Source: Lama guanicoe
Taxonomy: Eukaryota
NCBI GenBank assembly: GCA_013239625.1
Contig: MU057344.1
Span: forward strand, 250,276 to 314,275
Length of the DNA stretch: 64,000 bases
Direction of reading: 5' to 3'
In this document: positions 52,240-64,000 of the stretch, piece after piece
Position numbering within the stretch: the stretch's first letter is position 1
Layout of the letters: each line of letters starts with the position of its first letter
Program-made: the position numbers and the translations under genes
Notes under the pieces: model-generated
Databases searched by the model: none
The model's input: only the letters and a program-made list of their open reading frames with translations
What the model was told of the DNA's origin: nothing

Positions 52240-55200
52240 AGAGACCTTCACTTCAAGGTTGCATTTAACTGTTCCTTTGTGCTTGCACTCTGGTTCCACG
52301 GTCTTGAAGGGAGGCTTGGGCTGTTTCTCTTCCTCATCAAGATGCTCTGGGCTGAGCTGAAATCCCTTTCCCACTGTGAGTCCAGGGAGCAGATGAAAGG
52401 CTACCTCCAGGCCTGGCAGAGGCCGGAGCAAACAGGGGGCTCTTGAAGGATCGCGGTCCATCCCATGAGCCTCCTCGTTCCTGAGACCTTCCACTCCTGG
52501 GTCGCCCAGGGGGTCACCTCCCATCCCCACCCGGAGGGCCATCCTTACAGCCTCAGGAGCTGGAATGAGACCCTTCACCTGGCGCCTGGCCTCTGTGGGC
52601 ACCCACCACGGCCAGCCTGGGGCCCCCTCAGGCCCCACCCTCCGTTCACGCCACAGACCTGCTCACCACCCCTCCCCCTCCCCCATACCCTCCCCTGTCC
52701 CCTTTTCCTGGGGTGCCTGACCCCACGCATCTGTGGATGGGGCTGCTGGCCCCCCACCCACCCCATCACCCCCTTTCAGACCTCACAGCCTCCTGCCAAA
52801 GCCCAGGCACTACCTGCCACAGCCACACTGCACCCAGGCGACCTTCCAGCCACACCGACCACTTCAGAGGTCACCAAGAGCAAACAACCCGCCACCCCAC
52901 GTGGACCTCAGGTCCCTCCTCTGCTGGGGGGGTCTCTGGAATCTGCCCCACCCTTCCTTCCCAATAACCCTGAGCCTCCCCTACTGTGGGGCCCACTGGA
53001 GGGTGGTGAGGGAGGCGGGGAGTGACCTGGAGCAGCCTCTTCTGTCTGCCTCCCTGCCAGCCAGCCTCAGGCCTCTGCTCAGGCCACAATGACCAGAGAG
53101 ACCTCCAGTATGGCCTCAGTGGGCACCCTGTGGACCGTGGCTCCAACACCGCACTCTGCCCAGGCCCCAGGTCTGGCCAAGTCGCCACTGATGCAGCACA
53201 GCCCCTCCCAGCTCCTGGGGGGCCGGAAACAAGATGTGGGAAAGGAGTGACATCAGGAAAGATTAGCAGTTCCTAAGAGGCTGGGGCAGGGCACCCCAGG
53301 GCCCCTCAGACTTGGGCCAGGGAGACCTGTCCTGGGAGGCTCTACGCTGGTCAACAGGCCCAGTGGCCCACGTCAGAAGACAGCCAAGGTGCGGCTCCCT
53401 GTCCAGACACCAGCAGGCTCCCAGAGGGTCCAGCCAGCCCCACCTGACTGGTGGGATCTGCCTGAGCTGTTCCTAGGAGACCCAGTCTCGGCTGGGTGGG
53501 GGTGAATTGGGGGCATGTGGGGACCCAGGGGATGATGAGGGTTAAGCGTCTCTGCAGAGGGGTCTCCACTGCAGCCCGGAGATGACAGCCACCCCAGAGC
53601 ACACCCCCAGCCCTGGGAAGGGGGCTCCGGTAGCCAGGTGGGCAGCTGGACGTGGAACCTGGAGAGGCCTGGGCAGTGGGGGCAGGGGGGTTAGCAGGTG
53701 GCAGCCGCTGGCCTGGCCACTCGGCAGGATATCAGGGGCCCTCCACCCACACCTGTGCCCTGGGCTCACAGGCGGTGCCCCATCGTCCCTAGCCCCAGGT
53801 CCCTGCACTTTCCCTGCCCACAGCCCCAGGGTCCCTGCTGCCGGACAGCGAGGTCCATGAGGCAGGGGTCCGCCGACTGTGGTGCTGGTGATGCTGAAGA
53901 CTAGGGAGGAGCCAGGAGCCAGAGGGCAGCCATGGGAGCCTGAGCAGTGGTCAAATTTGTCCCGTAAAGTGAGCCTCACAGGCAACGGCTGAACCTCCAG
54001 GGCCCTACTGGAAAGACAGGTGCCCAGGGAGGGCCCTCATCCAGCTCCCACCTCTCGCTGACCCAGCCCGGTGATCCGAGCAGAAGGAAATCCAAGCCCC
54101 AGCCCCTGCCTCCAGTGGCGTCTGAGGGTCTCGGCAGCCTGGCCCCTGAGGGGCCCCTGTACCCCCTGCCATGGCCACCCCACCTGACCCCACACCAAGA
54201 GGGACGGATGGATGACCAGAGCCAGGCTCGAGCCCCAGCACACGGTGACGGGAGTCCTTGCATCTGGCCCTCAGACCGTGTCCCCAGACGGACCCCCGGC
54301 CCGCCCCTCCGGCCCCAGAGGAGGGGTCGGGCAGCCTCCACGGTGAAGGTCTGGAGGAGTCTCTCGGGTCTGGCCTGGCTGCGGCTGCCGCTGCGGCTGC
54401 CACTGCGGCCTGGTGTGGGCGGTGAGGGGCTGAGTGGCTGCTTCTGGAGACGCTTCTCTTCTGAGATGGAGATCCGCCCTCAGACACCCCTTCCTGTTCA
54501 GTCCTGTTCTCACACACGCCTGGCTCCTGGAGGGGCTGCACTGCAGGCACAGGTGGCGGGCTTTCCTGCCCTTGCCACCGCCCCAGGTGTGTGTGACAGG
54601 CCAGCTGTTGCACAACTGGTGTTTTCGCCCCAGAAGAACCCATGAGTCACTGCCCCAGAGCAGGGCTGCACCCCAGGTGCTCCCAAACAAAGGCCCTTTG
54701 TACCCAGGCCCCCACCCCAGGTCAGGCCTGCCTGCGCACACCATCAGACACACAGGTGGGCAGACGTGCTGATGGCGGCAGCAGGCTCGGGCGCGGGTCA
54801 GGGGTGTGTCCCCAGCACCCAGACATGCTTCCCAGCCTGTCTCGACCCAGCTCCAGGGGCTGGGCTTTGGGGGACCCCAGGCTGCTGGAGACCTCGGCTC
54901 CCAGGTCAGCTCAGGTACCCCAGGCTGGAGATCTAGCACCTGGATGACCTGGGGCAGGGCCTGCAGCAGCCTGAACGCGGAGCCCAGAGGACTCACTGGC
55001 CAAGCCCGGCCAGTGAGTTAGGGCTCCGGGACACAGCCAGGTCCTAGGTCAGAGCTCTGCGTGCAGTCTGGAGGCCTGGGAGGAGTGAGGCTTCCTGCTG
55101 CCCCCAAGGAGCTTCCCAGGACAGGGGGTGGGAGCCCCCCTCGCCGCTGCCATCACCCATCACTGTGAGTCCGGCTCCAGGCCCCGGGCAGCAGCACCTC

Positions 55201-56010
55201 CCCACCCTAGGATCCAGGGTTTTGTGGCCACCAGTGCAGCTGTCCAACACGACAGCCTCCCCAGCTGGACCAACACCAGCGGGTCTCCCCAATGCCAAGG
55301 ACCCTGACCACAGCCGTTCCCGAGCCTGGAAGTCTGCTCTGGGTTTGCTCCTGAGGGGCCTGGTGATTCCAGCTCAGCAAAGAAAGCCTTGGCCCCAGGG
55401 CAGAGGTAGAGGACACACAGAAACTCCACCCAAGCACGTCACACAGACACCCGGGACCACTCGTGCAGCTCTGTTCAGACCCCACGTCAGAGACAGTCCC
55501 CATCACAGCCACCACTAGGTCACTGGGAGTCAGCACAGGGACAGGTGCACGTCCCCCCAGAGGACATGTCCACCTAGGCCCCCTACATGCCCACACTCTC
55601 CAGCCACTCTTGGTCCTTGGCCCAGTTCACAGGAGCCAGGACATCCAGTCTGGCTGAGGATAGGAAGAGGCAGCCCAAGGAGCCCTGGGAGCAGACCCAC
55701 CCCCAACCCAGGCCCACCTGGAGGGGATGAAGTCAGACCCAGAACCAGGCCCCGGCCGCAAAGGGCCAGCATGTCCTGGCTGCACCCTGAGGTCCACACC
55801 TTCCCAGGTGTCTCAGCCCAGGCCAGGTGGCCATCTCTTCTGCAAGCCTCATCCCCTACCCTGTCCCTTCTGCAGCCCCCAGAGAGAACCATGAGGTTCC
55901 TGTCCACCCCTGCCCTCCTGGCTCCCGCCACAACCCAGGTGGGGCCAGTCTGCCAAGCCCGAGAGGACTTTGCCACTGTCCTCAGGCAGACACCCCCATT
56001 CCTGCCTGCT
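52240..56010 (-). pseudogene. Possible decayed multi-exon gene with two cyclic-nucleotide-binding domains (CNBD1/CNBD2-like); tentative
   Basis: Colinear minus-strand segments, several with AG acceptors, whose translations resemble successive CNB-domain motifs. Frameshifts are needed to join some of them. Pattern recognition only; no search was run (see findings). Confidence 0.35.
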
Positions 56011-57079
56011 CTCAAACAGGACAGCGCACAGAGGGCGCCGGGGGGACGGGGGTGCAGGGGGCAGGCTCTGACCCAACTTGGAGTCATGGCCACTCCCAGC
56101 AGGCCAAGGCCCGCTTCAGCCTCGGGGCCAGGATGGAGGTCGGGTGCGGCCAGGCTGCAGTCCCAGGACCAGGACTTGGGAAGCCAGGGCTGGAGGGAAC
56201 CAGAGGAAACCCCCCCGGGAGCCCCCTGCACCGCGAGTCCCCAGCCCCAGCGGCAGGCAGAAGGGTCCGCTAGAGGTTCCAGAAAGTGAGCGTTAGAAGG
56301 GCCGGTGAGGTCAGCCCAGCACCTCTCACTGCTCCAGTGTGGGGCCTGGGGACAGGGCTCAAGCTGAGGCCGTCCAGCACTGCACCGGCCACCCTGAATC
56401 CCAGCTCCCAAACCAGAGAGGCCAGGCCAGGGAAAGAGCCTGATCCCCAGGCCCCCCATCCCCGGAACCCTCACTGAGCCCCCTGCCTTGAGCAGCAACA
56501 GCTCCTGCAAACCACCCACAGAACCCTCTGCTCAGGCTGGGTGGCTGTGACCACAGGGCCCAGGGCCCTTTAGGGGTGCTGCAGACCCTGGGAGCTGAAT
56601 GAGCACTGAAGCTTGAGTCAGTCGCCGGGAGATGGTGCGGCTGAGAAAATGATGCAGTTGGGGCAGGGAGTGGGCTTTGAGGGGCTTCACCCTGCACTTA
56701 GCCCCTTGTCTGCACTGGGAGCCCAGCCTGTGTCCTTGAGGGCAAGTCTGGGCCTGGGGCCTAAACCCCAGGCCACTCCAGCTCACTCCCCAACCCTCCT
56801 AGAGCAGCCACTACTGCCTATCCGGCCCCCCATTTCTTTGCTCCTGTACCCCCAGCCCAGGGGCTCAGTTGGAAACTGCACATTCCAGGGGAATTACAGC
56901 TAAGTGACTAATGACCTCCGATTAGGGGGCAGAAACAGGGACAAAAATGAGACAGACCAGGTGGTGGGGGGCAGTGGAGCCAGGGTGTCGGGGCAGCCCC
57001 CTCCCCCCCCCCGCCGCCCACCCCTCCCCGGCCTGGCCCCCTGCCTGCTGGAGCTCCGGGGTGGCCGGCTTCCCCCCCC

Positions 57080-57168
57080 NNNNNNNNNNNNNNNNNNNNN
57101 NNNNNNNNNNNNNNNNNNNNNNNNNNNNNNNNNNNNNNNNNNNNNNNNNNNNNNNNNNNNNNNNNNNN
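57080..57168. other. Assembly gap (89 N) flanked by a ~75-bp imperfect direct repeat
   Basis: N run between two similar copies of ccgccgcccacccct...ggtggccggctt. Confidence 0.97.
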
Positions 57169-58928
57169 CCCCCCCCCCGCCGCCCACCCCTTCCCGGCCT
57201 GGCCACCTGCCTGCGGGAGCTCTGGGGTGGCCGGCTTACCCTTCCTCTCCTCATCTCTCGTCTCCTCATCTCCTGCCTCCCTACTGGCGCTCTCACAGGG
57301 CCCAGGTCCCGATCTCTGTCATCACAGCCCCTGTAGCAGGTCTCTGGGCTGGCTGGGGTGGGGACACTGGCTGGTGTTGAAGGACCGTCAGGAGAGCCCC
57401 CGGGTGCAGCGAGGCCCCAGGCTGGGCGCTGGCCACCATCCCTCAGCATCCCAGTGACTGCACCTGGGTAGTCCCGCCAATGCACAGCCTCTGTTTCCCC
57501 ACGTAAGTGGGTGGGGAACACTCACTGGTGCCCGCGGCCAAGCTGGACTCCGGACAGCAGCCCCAGGAGGCCTGGGCTCCCAGAGCCCCACATAGGACCA
57601 TGTAATGGGAAGCAGAGGGCAGTGACCTCGTCCCAAGCCTCTGCCTTCACTGCGTGCCGCTCCCCCCACCCCCAGCCTCCCAACAGCGACCCCAGTGTGG
57701 CATTCACGTCTCACCCTTGCAGGCGGCTAGAACATTCCACTCAAACTTGGCCGGCGCCTGCAGCCACTGTGAAGCAGAGAACTTTCCCCAGGCCCCTCAG
57801 CCCCTGCTGCCACCCCAGGGGAACCAGGGAGAGAGTTGGGGACGGGTCAGCGGCCAAGCCCGCTGCTGCATGGACTGGCGCCCGCCTGGCACCAGCGTCT
57901 TCCTGCCTCATTACCCAGCCGGCTGCGGGGAGAGTCCCAGGGGGAGTGGCTGGGTAACAGCCCTCAGGTTCCAGCCTCCACCTGCCTTACTTCCTACCCC
58001 TGCCCCTGAGCCTGCAGACCCTGGAGCCCCTGCCCTTCCCTGCTCAGCCTTGGAAATGGGTCTCCAGACTCTGCTGAGCCCCATCCCCCAGGTGTGCGTG
58101 AAGGGGTCAGGGGCCTGGCCTCCGCTCTCCAGGTGAGACCACCTGCCCAGGGCCCAGGTGCCAACCAGAGATGGTATCTTGGCCACTCTGTAGAGACCCT
58201 GACGTCCCAAGACCAATTTACATTCTTTGGTCTGGGTTTGCCAGGGGCCACAAGAGGTGGGGGCAGGGGCCCGAATCCGCATGACCCGCAGGCAGGGCCT
58301 TAGAGGCCCATCTGGGCAGCTCTGATCCTGTCTTTGGGTCAAGGAGAAAGTGGCGAGAAGTTTCCTAGGGGGTAACCAAGGAGACAAGAGCCCGCTAGAC
58401 CACCCCCAGCTCCCTGCCACACATGCCGAGCTCTGCGCCCCTAGGCCGCAGGGACGCCCTCCAGGTTTACACATGGTGCAGGTGGCCTGCGCGCACGTCC
58501 TCTCCCCACCTGCCCCACAGGACTGGACCCTCTTGGGGGCAGCCCGCCTCATAGCACAGCACATGGCATCTGGCCACTGTCCTGTGGGTGAACATAGGTT
58601 GCTGCCCCCCCAAGGCTGGACCAGCCCTGGACTAGCGGAGGGGAGGTCCCAGGCCATGGGCAGGGCTGAGCAGGGGCCTGGATAGACATCTGTCTTTGTC
58701 CACAGAGTAAACATGGCCCACAGCAGGTGCAGGGGCCCTGGGGGCTGCACCTGGGCTGCCAGGGTGCTCAGCTGGAACCTCTGCCTTCAGGGCAAAGCCC
58801 AGAGCCACACTGTGGCCCAAGGAGTGTCCTGAGGTCGGGTCCCTCCATGGCACACTTCGGCCCCTGCCCTCTCCCCAGCTGCCCCCATGATGATACAGTG
58901 ACCAGGCGACAGGTAGGGCTGGGGGCTC

Positions 58929-58934
58929 TTTATT
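58929..58934 (-). terminator. Poly(A) signal AATAAA of C1QTNF12
   Basis: tttatt on the plus strand, 75 nt past the stop. Confidence 0.8.
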
Positions 58935-59008
58935 GCGATAACCACAGGTCTACCAGAGGGCAATGTGGTGGGCGGCAGGGCAGCTCCCCTGCGGCCCTGT
59001 CAGTGTCC

Positions 59009-62000
59009 TCACGTGCCCACGAGCAGGCCGGAGAAGCTGGAGCCACTCTGGATGGTGAGGGCCAGCCCGGAGCCGTTGTCCATGAAGACAGAGGCATACT
59101 GTCCAGCCTGTAGACACCCCACAGTGGACGTCACCACCCTCAGGGCCCCACCAGGCAGCATCCGCCCCAAGCCAGGTGGGGCCCAGGGGTCCTCAGTGGC
59201 CACAGGGCCAATGTCTATCCACTTGCTGGGCTGGGTGGTGCCCAGGCTGAGGCCGAAGGCTCAGGACCCCTCCTGCCCCACTGGCCCCTGGCCTCACCTG
59301 CAGCTGCAGCAGCCCCTGCACGTGAACCGTGAAGACCCGGCCACTGCTCTCCAGGCCAGAGATGGCCTCCAGGGACCTGGACATGGTGCAGCAGGGGGAG
59401 GAGGAGGGCATAGTGGCTGTGGGGCTGGGACATCCCCACGCCAGTGCCCAGAGACCCGGGTGATCCCACCCCAGTGCTCAACACAGTCCTCTGTGTTTGG
59501 GGAAGCCCTGCACCCTCCATGGGCAAGACGGTCCCCTGCCCCCTCAAGATGTCCCCTGTGACCCCCACGAGGGCCCACTCACGTGTGGCGATGGCACAGG
59601 GACTCGATGCAGACCAGCACCCGCACCGTGTCCCGGGCCCGCAGCCGTGCCCTGCCCTGCAGCTCCCTGCAGTCTGCGGAGACAGGCCTGTCTGCAGCAC
59701 CCTTAGGGAGGATGGAGCAGAGGGCACGGGGCGGGGGGGCTGGGGGGCTTTAGACTCTCCCAGGCCCCCAGTGGAGCTGGGGTGGAAGCAGGAGGCATCT
59801 CTACAATGGGACCCAGGCCTGGGGCCCCGAGAGCCAGTCCGCACCCACCCGCCACATGGGCGCACCCTGGCCCGGCCCCGCTCACCCACGTGCAGGCTGG
59901 CAGAGAACTGGAAGATGGCAGTCACTGGGGCTGTGAACCGACCAGAGGCCAGGCTCAGGCCTGACCCCCGCAGGAAGGCGCCCTGGGCAGCGGGCTGGAG
60001 GAAGCAGGGAAGAGCAGGCTGCGGAGACAACTTGCACACCCAGCCCGGGGGAGGGCTTGTGGCCAACAGCCCCAACCCAGCAGGCCCCACCTGGGCAGGA
60101 TGGAGGAGTGACCTGTGCATGGGACGTAGGCCCCAAGAGCCCTCCCACCCCCACCCAGGGAGGGTATCCCTGCCTCCAGGCCACCTCAGACCCCACTCCA
60201 AGTCTTGGCACTGCATGTGTATGCCTGGGGGCCGCCTCGTGGTAGCTGTGGGCCCTGCTGACCTGTGGGGGCCCAGCCAGGATGCTGTCCCCAAGCTGAC
60301 CGCTGTTGGTCATGAGTGTGCGCAGGGGATGCCCCTGGAGGCAACCAGGGCTTGCTTGGCCCCTCGGCCCCCACCCAGGCCCACCCCCAATACCCACTCA
60401 CGGCTTGGAAGCCCTGCAGCTCTACCAGAGTCTTCGCATCCACCAGCACCGGGCCCTTCAACCGACAGTGGAAGGCCTCGGCCACCAGCCATCTGCCCAT
60501 CCCCTCGGGCAGCAAGGGGTCCAGCAGCCCCAAGAACCGACGCTCAGTTGCCTCTGTGGGGACAGCTCGGGGTCAGCGTGGGATCACCTCCAGAGTGACC
60601 TCCTGACCTCTGGGAGGAGAGGGTGTGGGGGTGGCCCACCTTTCAGCATCTCCCGGAACTCCCGCAGCACAGCCTCTTGGGTGACTTCTGCGCCGGGGGG
60701 TCCAGGGGGTCCCGGGGGCCCAGGAGGCCCTGGGGGGCCAGAGAGGCCTCGCTGGGAGGAGGCAGGAGAAAATGAGGATCCTGATGGGACCCAGAGCCAC
60801 CTGTCCCAGGCTCAGACCCCAGGGCTCACCGACATCTTGTCCCGGCCTCGGCACCGTCTCTTTGCAGCCCCGTCATCTGGGCGCCGGACAAAGTTTAGCC
60901 ATGTCATGTGGGCATCTGTGAACTGAGGCCCTGAGGCCTCAGGCAACTGAAGAGGGGGACAGGGCTAGTGTGTTGACCGCCAGGCCCCGCTGGGTCCTGC
61001 CCCACTACCCCCTGCAGAGATTGGGGAATCTCAGGGCCCAGGAGCCCCAGGCAGGACTCGGCACCCACAAGGAATATGGCTACAGGGCACTGCTGGCCAT
61101 GCCGGGGACACAGGCCAGATCCTGATGTTGAGGACCTCGGGTCTGGTTCTGTGCTGGAGCAACCTCAGCCTCTCCTGCTGCACCCTGTTTCCGAGCAGAT
61201 GGGCACACACATGGACACATAGGGCAGAGGCAGGCAGTGGTGGGCAGGGGCAAGTTTTCTAGGGGCCTTCCCTGGAGCTCCAGAGCCACACTGGTCCAGG
61301 GAGGAATGGTCACAGGCCCTACTCTGTACTGAGCACTGAGTGTGCAAGCTGGCAGCCTTGGCACGCCAGCTGGCCCTGCTCCTCAGCCTCGGACCCTGGC
61401 CACCTTGCTGTTGGAGCAGGGGCCGAGAAGGGCATGGCCAAGCTGACCTGAGACGTGGCCCAGCCCTCCAATCATGCCTTCTAAGCCCTGTTTCTGCACC
61501 AGGACCACGGGAGAGGCAGGAGCACCCCAGACCCAAAGTCAGAGGAGGAGACAGCATGCTAAGTAAGGGGGCATGAGCCCGGTCCGCATGCCAAGCTCAA
61601 ACAGGAAGTCCACAAAATGGCCAGGAGCATAGTAGACACTGGCCTGGCAGGAGACAGCCACTGCCACAAGGCCACTCTGGAGTGCCATCCAGGCAGGGCA
61701 AGCCAAGGGGTCCTGGCCCAGGTCCAGTCCAGTGGCCAGTCCTCAGCCCCAAACACAACAAAGGGCTGGCTCCTGGGCAGGCTAAGGTTCCTTCCCAGCA
61801 AACCAGACAGGCCTTTACCCTGGAGGGCTCGGGGGGGAGGGGGGTGGGAGCATCTCCCACCCTGACCTAGGCCCCAACGGGGAAGGGAGAGGAGCCAAGA
61901 GCTTTCGAATGTTCCGGTCCTCGCACCGCTGCTGTCTGCCTGTTCCTCTGGCCGCCACCGACCCTAGCCACGTCTGAGGGCCCAGGGGGCAGGTGGAGGA

Positions 62001-63163
62001 GGAGCCACCCACAACAGGAAGGGCAGGCGTCCAGAAGTCTGGGGCAGGCCATCCTGGGCGAGTGCCGCATGGCCTGGGACAGCCCCCACGGAGGCCCCTC
62101 CTGGACAGAAGTCCACCTGTTTGCCACAGGGCAGGGGCACGGGGTGCCGGCAGGGTGGAAACTGCCACCAAGGACCCCTCCCCTGGGAGACTGGCAGGGA
62201 TTGCCCAAGACCTTCCATGCCTGCCCCCAAACCAGCTGGCCACCCACCCTTCCCTGCCTGCAGGGCCCGAGGACTCACTCTCCTCAGCCTGCCCATCTGG
62301 AAAACAGGGCCTCGGGCTCCAGCGGGCCGCGTGGGCTGAGAGCAGCCGGGCTGGCCGCCACGGAGACGCCCTTGGGAGGCAGCAGCCCAGGATCAAAGGC
62401 TTGGGGGCTGGCAGGGGGCCTGGTTCCTCTCCTAGTCCAGCAACCGGCAGGCCTGTGCTGCTGCAGTCAGCTCCAGGACCCCTCAGGCGATCCCCAGCCC
62501 AAGAGTGTGGAGACCTAGGGCTCAGTTTCCTCTCAGAGGGGACCCCAGGGGCAGGCTGAAACTGGAGGACTCTCAGGCCTGGAGCACATCCCCTGCCAGA
62601 GGCCATAGTGGGTGCTGGCTACCCAGCAGGGGGTCAGGGCAGGGACCTCCAGGAAGCACAGGGTCCCAGGAGCCTGGGCCTCCCCTGGCGGCAGCAGCTG
62701 CAGCGGGAGTGGTGGGGCACCCAGGCTCCAGCGGGGGTCTGAGCCAGCTGCCTGGGGCTCCTCCCCGAGTGCCGTTACACCTAATGGCAGCAGGTTGCTC
62801 GGGGCTTCAAAGGGTTCAGGGTAGCCCAGCTGAGAAGCCCCTCTGCTCCCTCAGCCCCTCCCTAGGCTCTGCTGCTGTGGTTCCTGCCCAAAGCCCCACC
62901 CCACACAGACAGGGAGGAAGGCCCAGAGAGGAGAGCCCCGCGGGCACAGCCTGCTGGGGGAGGATGATGCCCACGTGCGCCTGGATCACGCATACCTTGG
63001 GGAAGCCTGGTAGCCCCTCGCTGCTGGACATGGTGGCGTTGGGGGACACCAGGCGCTGGCCAGGCTGCCGCAGCCTCTTGGGCTCCTGCCGTGCCCCGAC
63101 GACCCTGAGGAGCTCGAGCTGCGGCCAGAGGAGGGCCATGGCGGTGGCCCAAGCCCAGCGCAT
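59009..63163 (-). CDS. C1QTNF12: Adipolin / C1q and TNF-related protein 12 (FAM132A), 308 aa
   Basis: Exons 63163-62996, 60946-60830, 60751-60640, 60553-60402, 59994-59886, 59673-59583, 59376-59298, 59107-59009 (927 nt, in phase). Signal peptide [29 protein letters not shown], (GPP)5 collagen stretch, C1q/TNF domain ending [11 protein letters not shown]. Confidence 0.97.
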
Positions 63164-64000
63164 GTTGACTGGAGGCTTTGGACCCTGGCGGCAGTGCAGT
63201 GCTGTGAGCCCAGGCGCCAGGACGCACTCAGAGCCCCAGCATAGGGGCGCAGCCCCGGGGGACACCTGGCCGCCACGGGTGCATGTCTGCACAGGACGAG
63301 TGGGGGCTGCCTCACAAGGCCGTAGGACGCACTCCCGTCCTGTCCCGTCCCTGCAGGCTCTGCCGATCTCCACTCTCTCTCCTCGCGAGCAGTGCCCTTG
63401 CCGCCCTTGCGGCCGCCAAATAAATCCTCCCCTCCTCCCCAGAGCTGGCGGGCTCCAACAGGGAAGGCTCACGTGGGATGATCCTCAGCCTCTTGGGGCT
63501 CCCAGGCCAGCCCAGGGGCGTGGATGGGGGCGGAACCCCCGCTGACCACCCGCCTCCCACTTCCACTGCCCAAGGGGAGGGGCTGTGCCTCCCCAGACCC
63601 CCTACCCTGCCCCTTCAGGATGGGGATGCACCCCACCAAGACCCACGGGTCAGGAGACCCCAGCCACAAGCCACGCCCACGGTTGGCAGCTAAGGGCTGG
63701 GCCGCCCCAGAGATGAGCCAGGTGGGGACCATATGAGTGCCGTCCCCCCAAGAACACGTATCCTCCCTCCTGGCTCAGGTAGAGGCGGCCACCTCTACAA
63801 CAGTGGCCAGTCCCAGGGAATCCTGAGCTCATTCTTAAAGTCTCAGCTCCTGCAAGTGTCTGGCAGGCAAGTCTGTGCCTTCAGGTCACGTTGCGGAAGA
63901 CCCCTCTGTGCCCCACCGGGCTGGAACCCTCGACGTGACCTGCATCCTGGTGACCTGAGTGTGCCGCTGGCAATTCGCAGTCGTGACAGGCAGCCTGTGG

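Noticed and set aside
59215-60598. 359-aa and 384-aa ORFs
   Set aside because: Intron read-through and antisense shadows of C1QTNF12 exons in GC-rich DNA.

Overview
GC-rich mammalian genomic DNA syntenic with human 1p36.33. Gene order: TTLL10 (+), TNFRSF18/GITR (-), TNFRSF4/OX40 (-), SDF4/Cab45 (-), B3GALT6 (+, intronless, head-to-head with SDF4 on a CpG island), C1QTNF12/adipolin (-). I traced the exons by hand from GT-AG boundaries and reading phase; orthologue comparisons are from memory, not from a database search. A short tRNA-Ala-derived SINE resembling camelid Vic-1 suggests a camelid genome. There are three N gaps. Repeats include old L1, L2 and MaLR fragments and a 57-bp minisatellite. 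Main observations: (1) a possible decayed multi-exon gene with two cyclic-nucleotide-binding (CNB) domains on the minus strand between B3GALT6 and C1QTNF12 (inference only); (2) a net frameshift and loss of the orthologous start codons in the 5' part of TTLL10, whose catalytic core is intact and of the active type; (3) Lys-to-Met at the CTRP12 KKxR cleavage site; (4) alternative SDF4 acceptors that include or skip an overlapping uORF; (5) NF-kB/AP-1 motif clusters around GITR and OX40.
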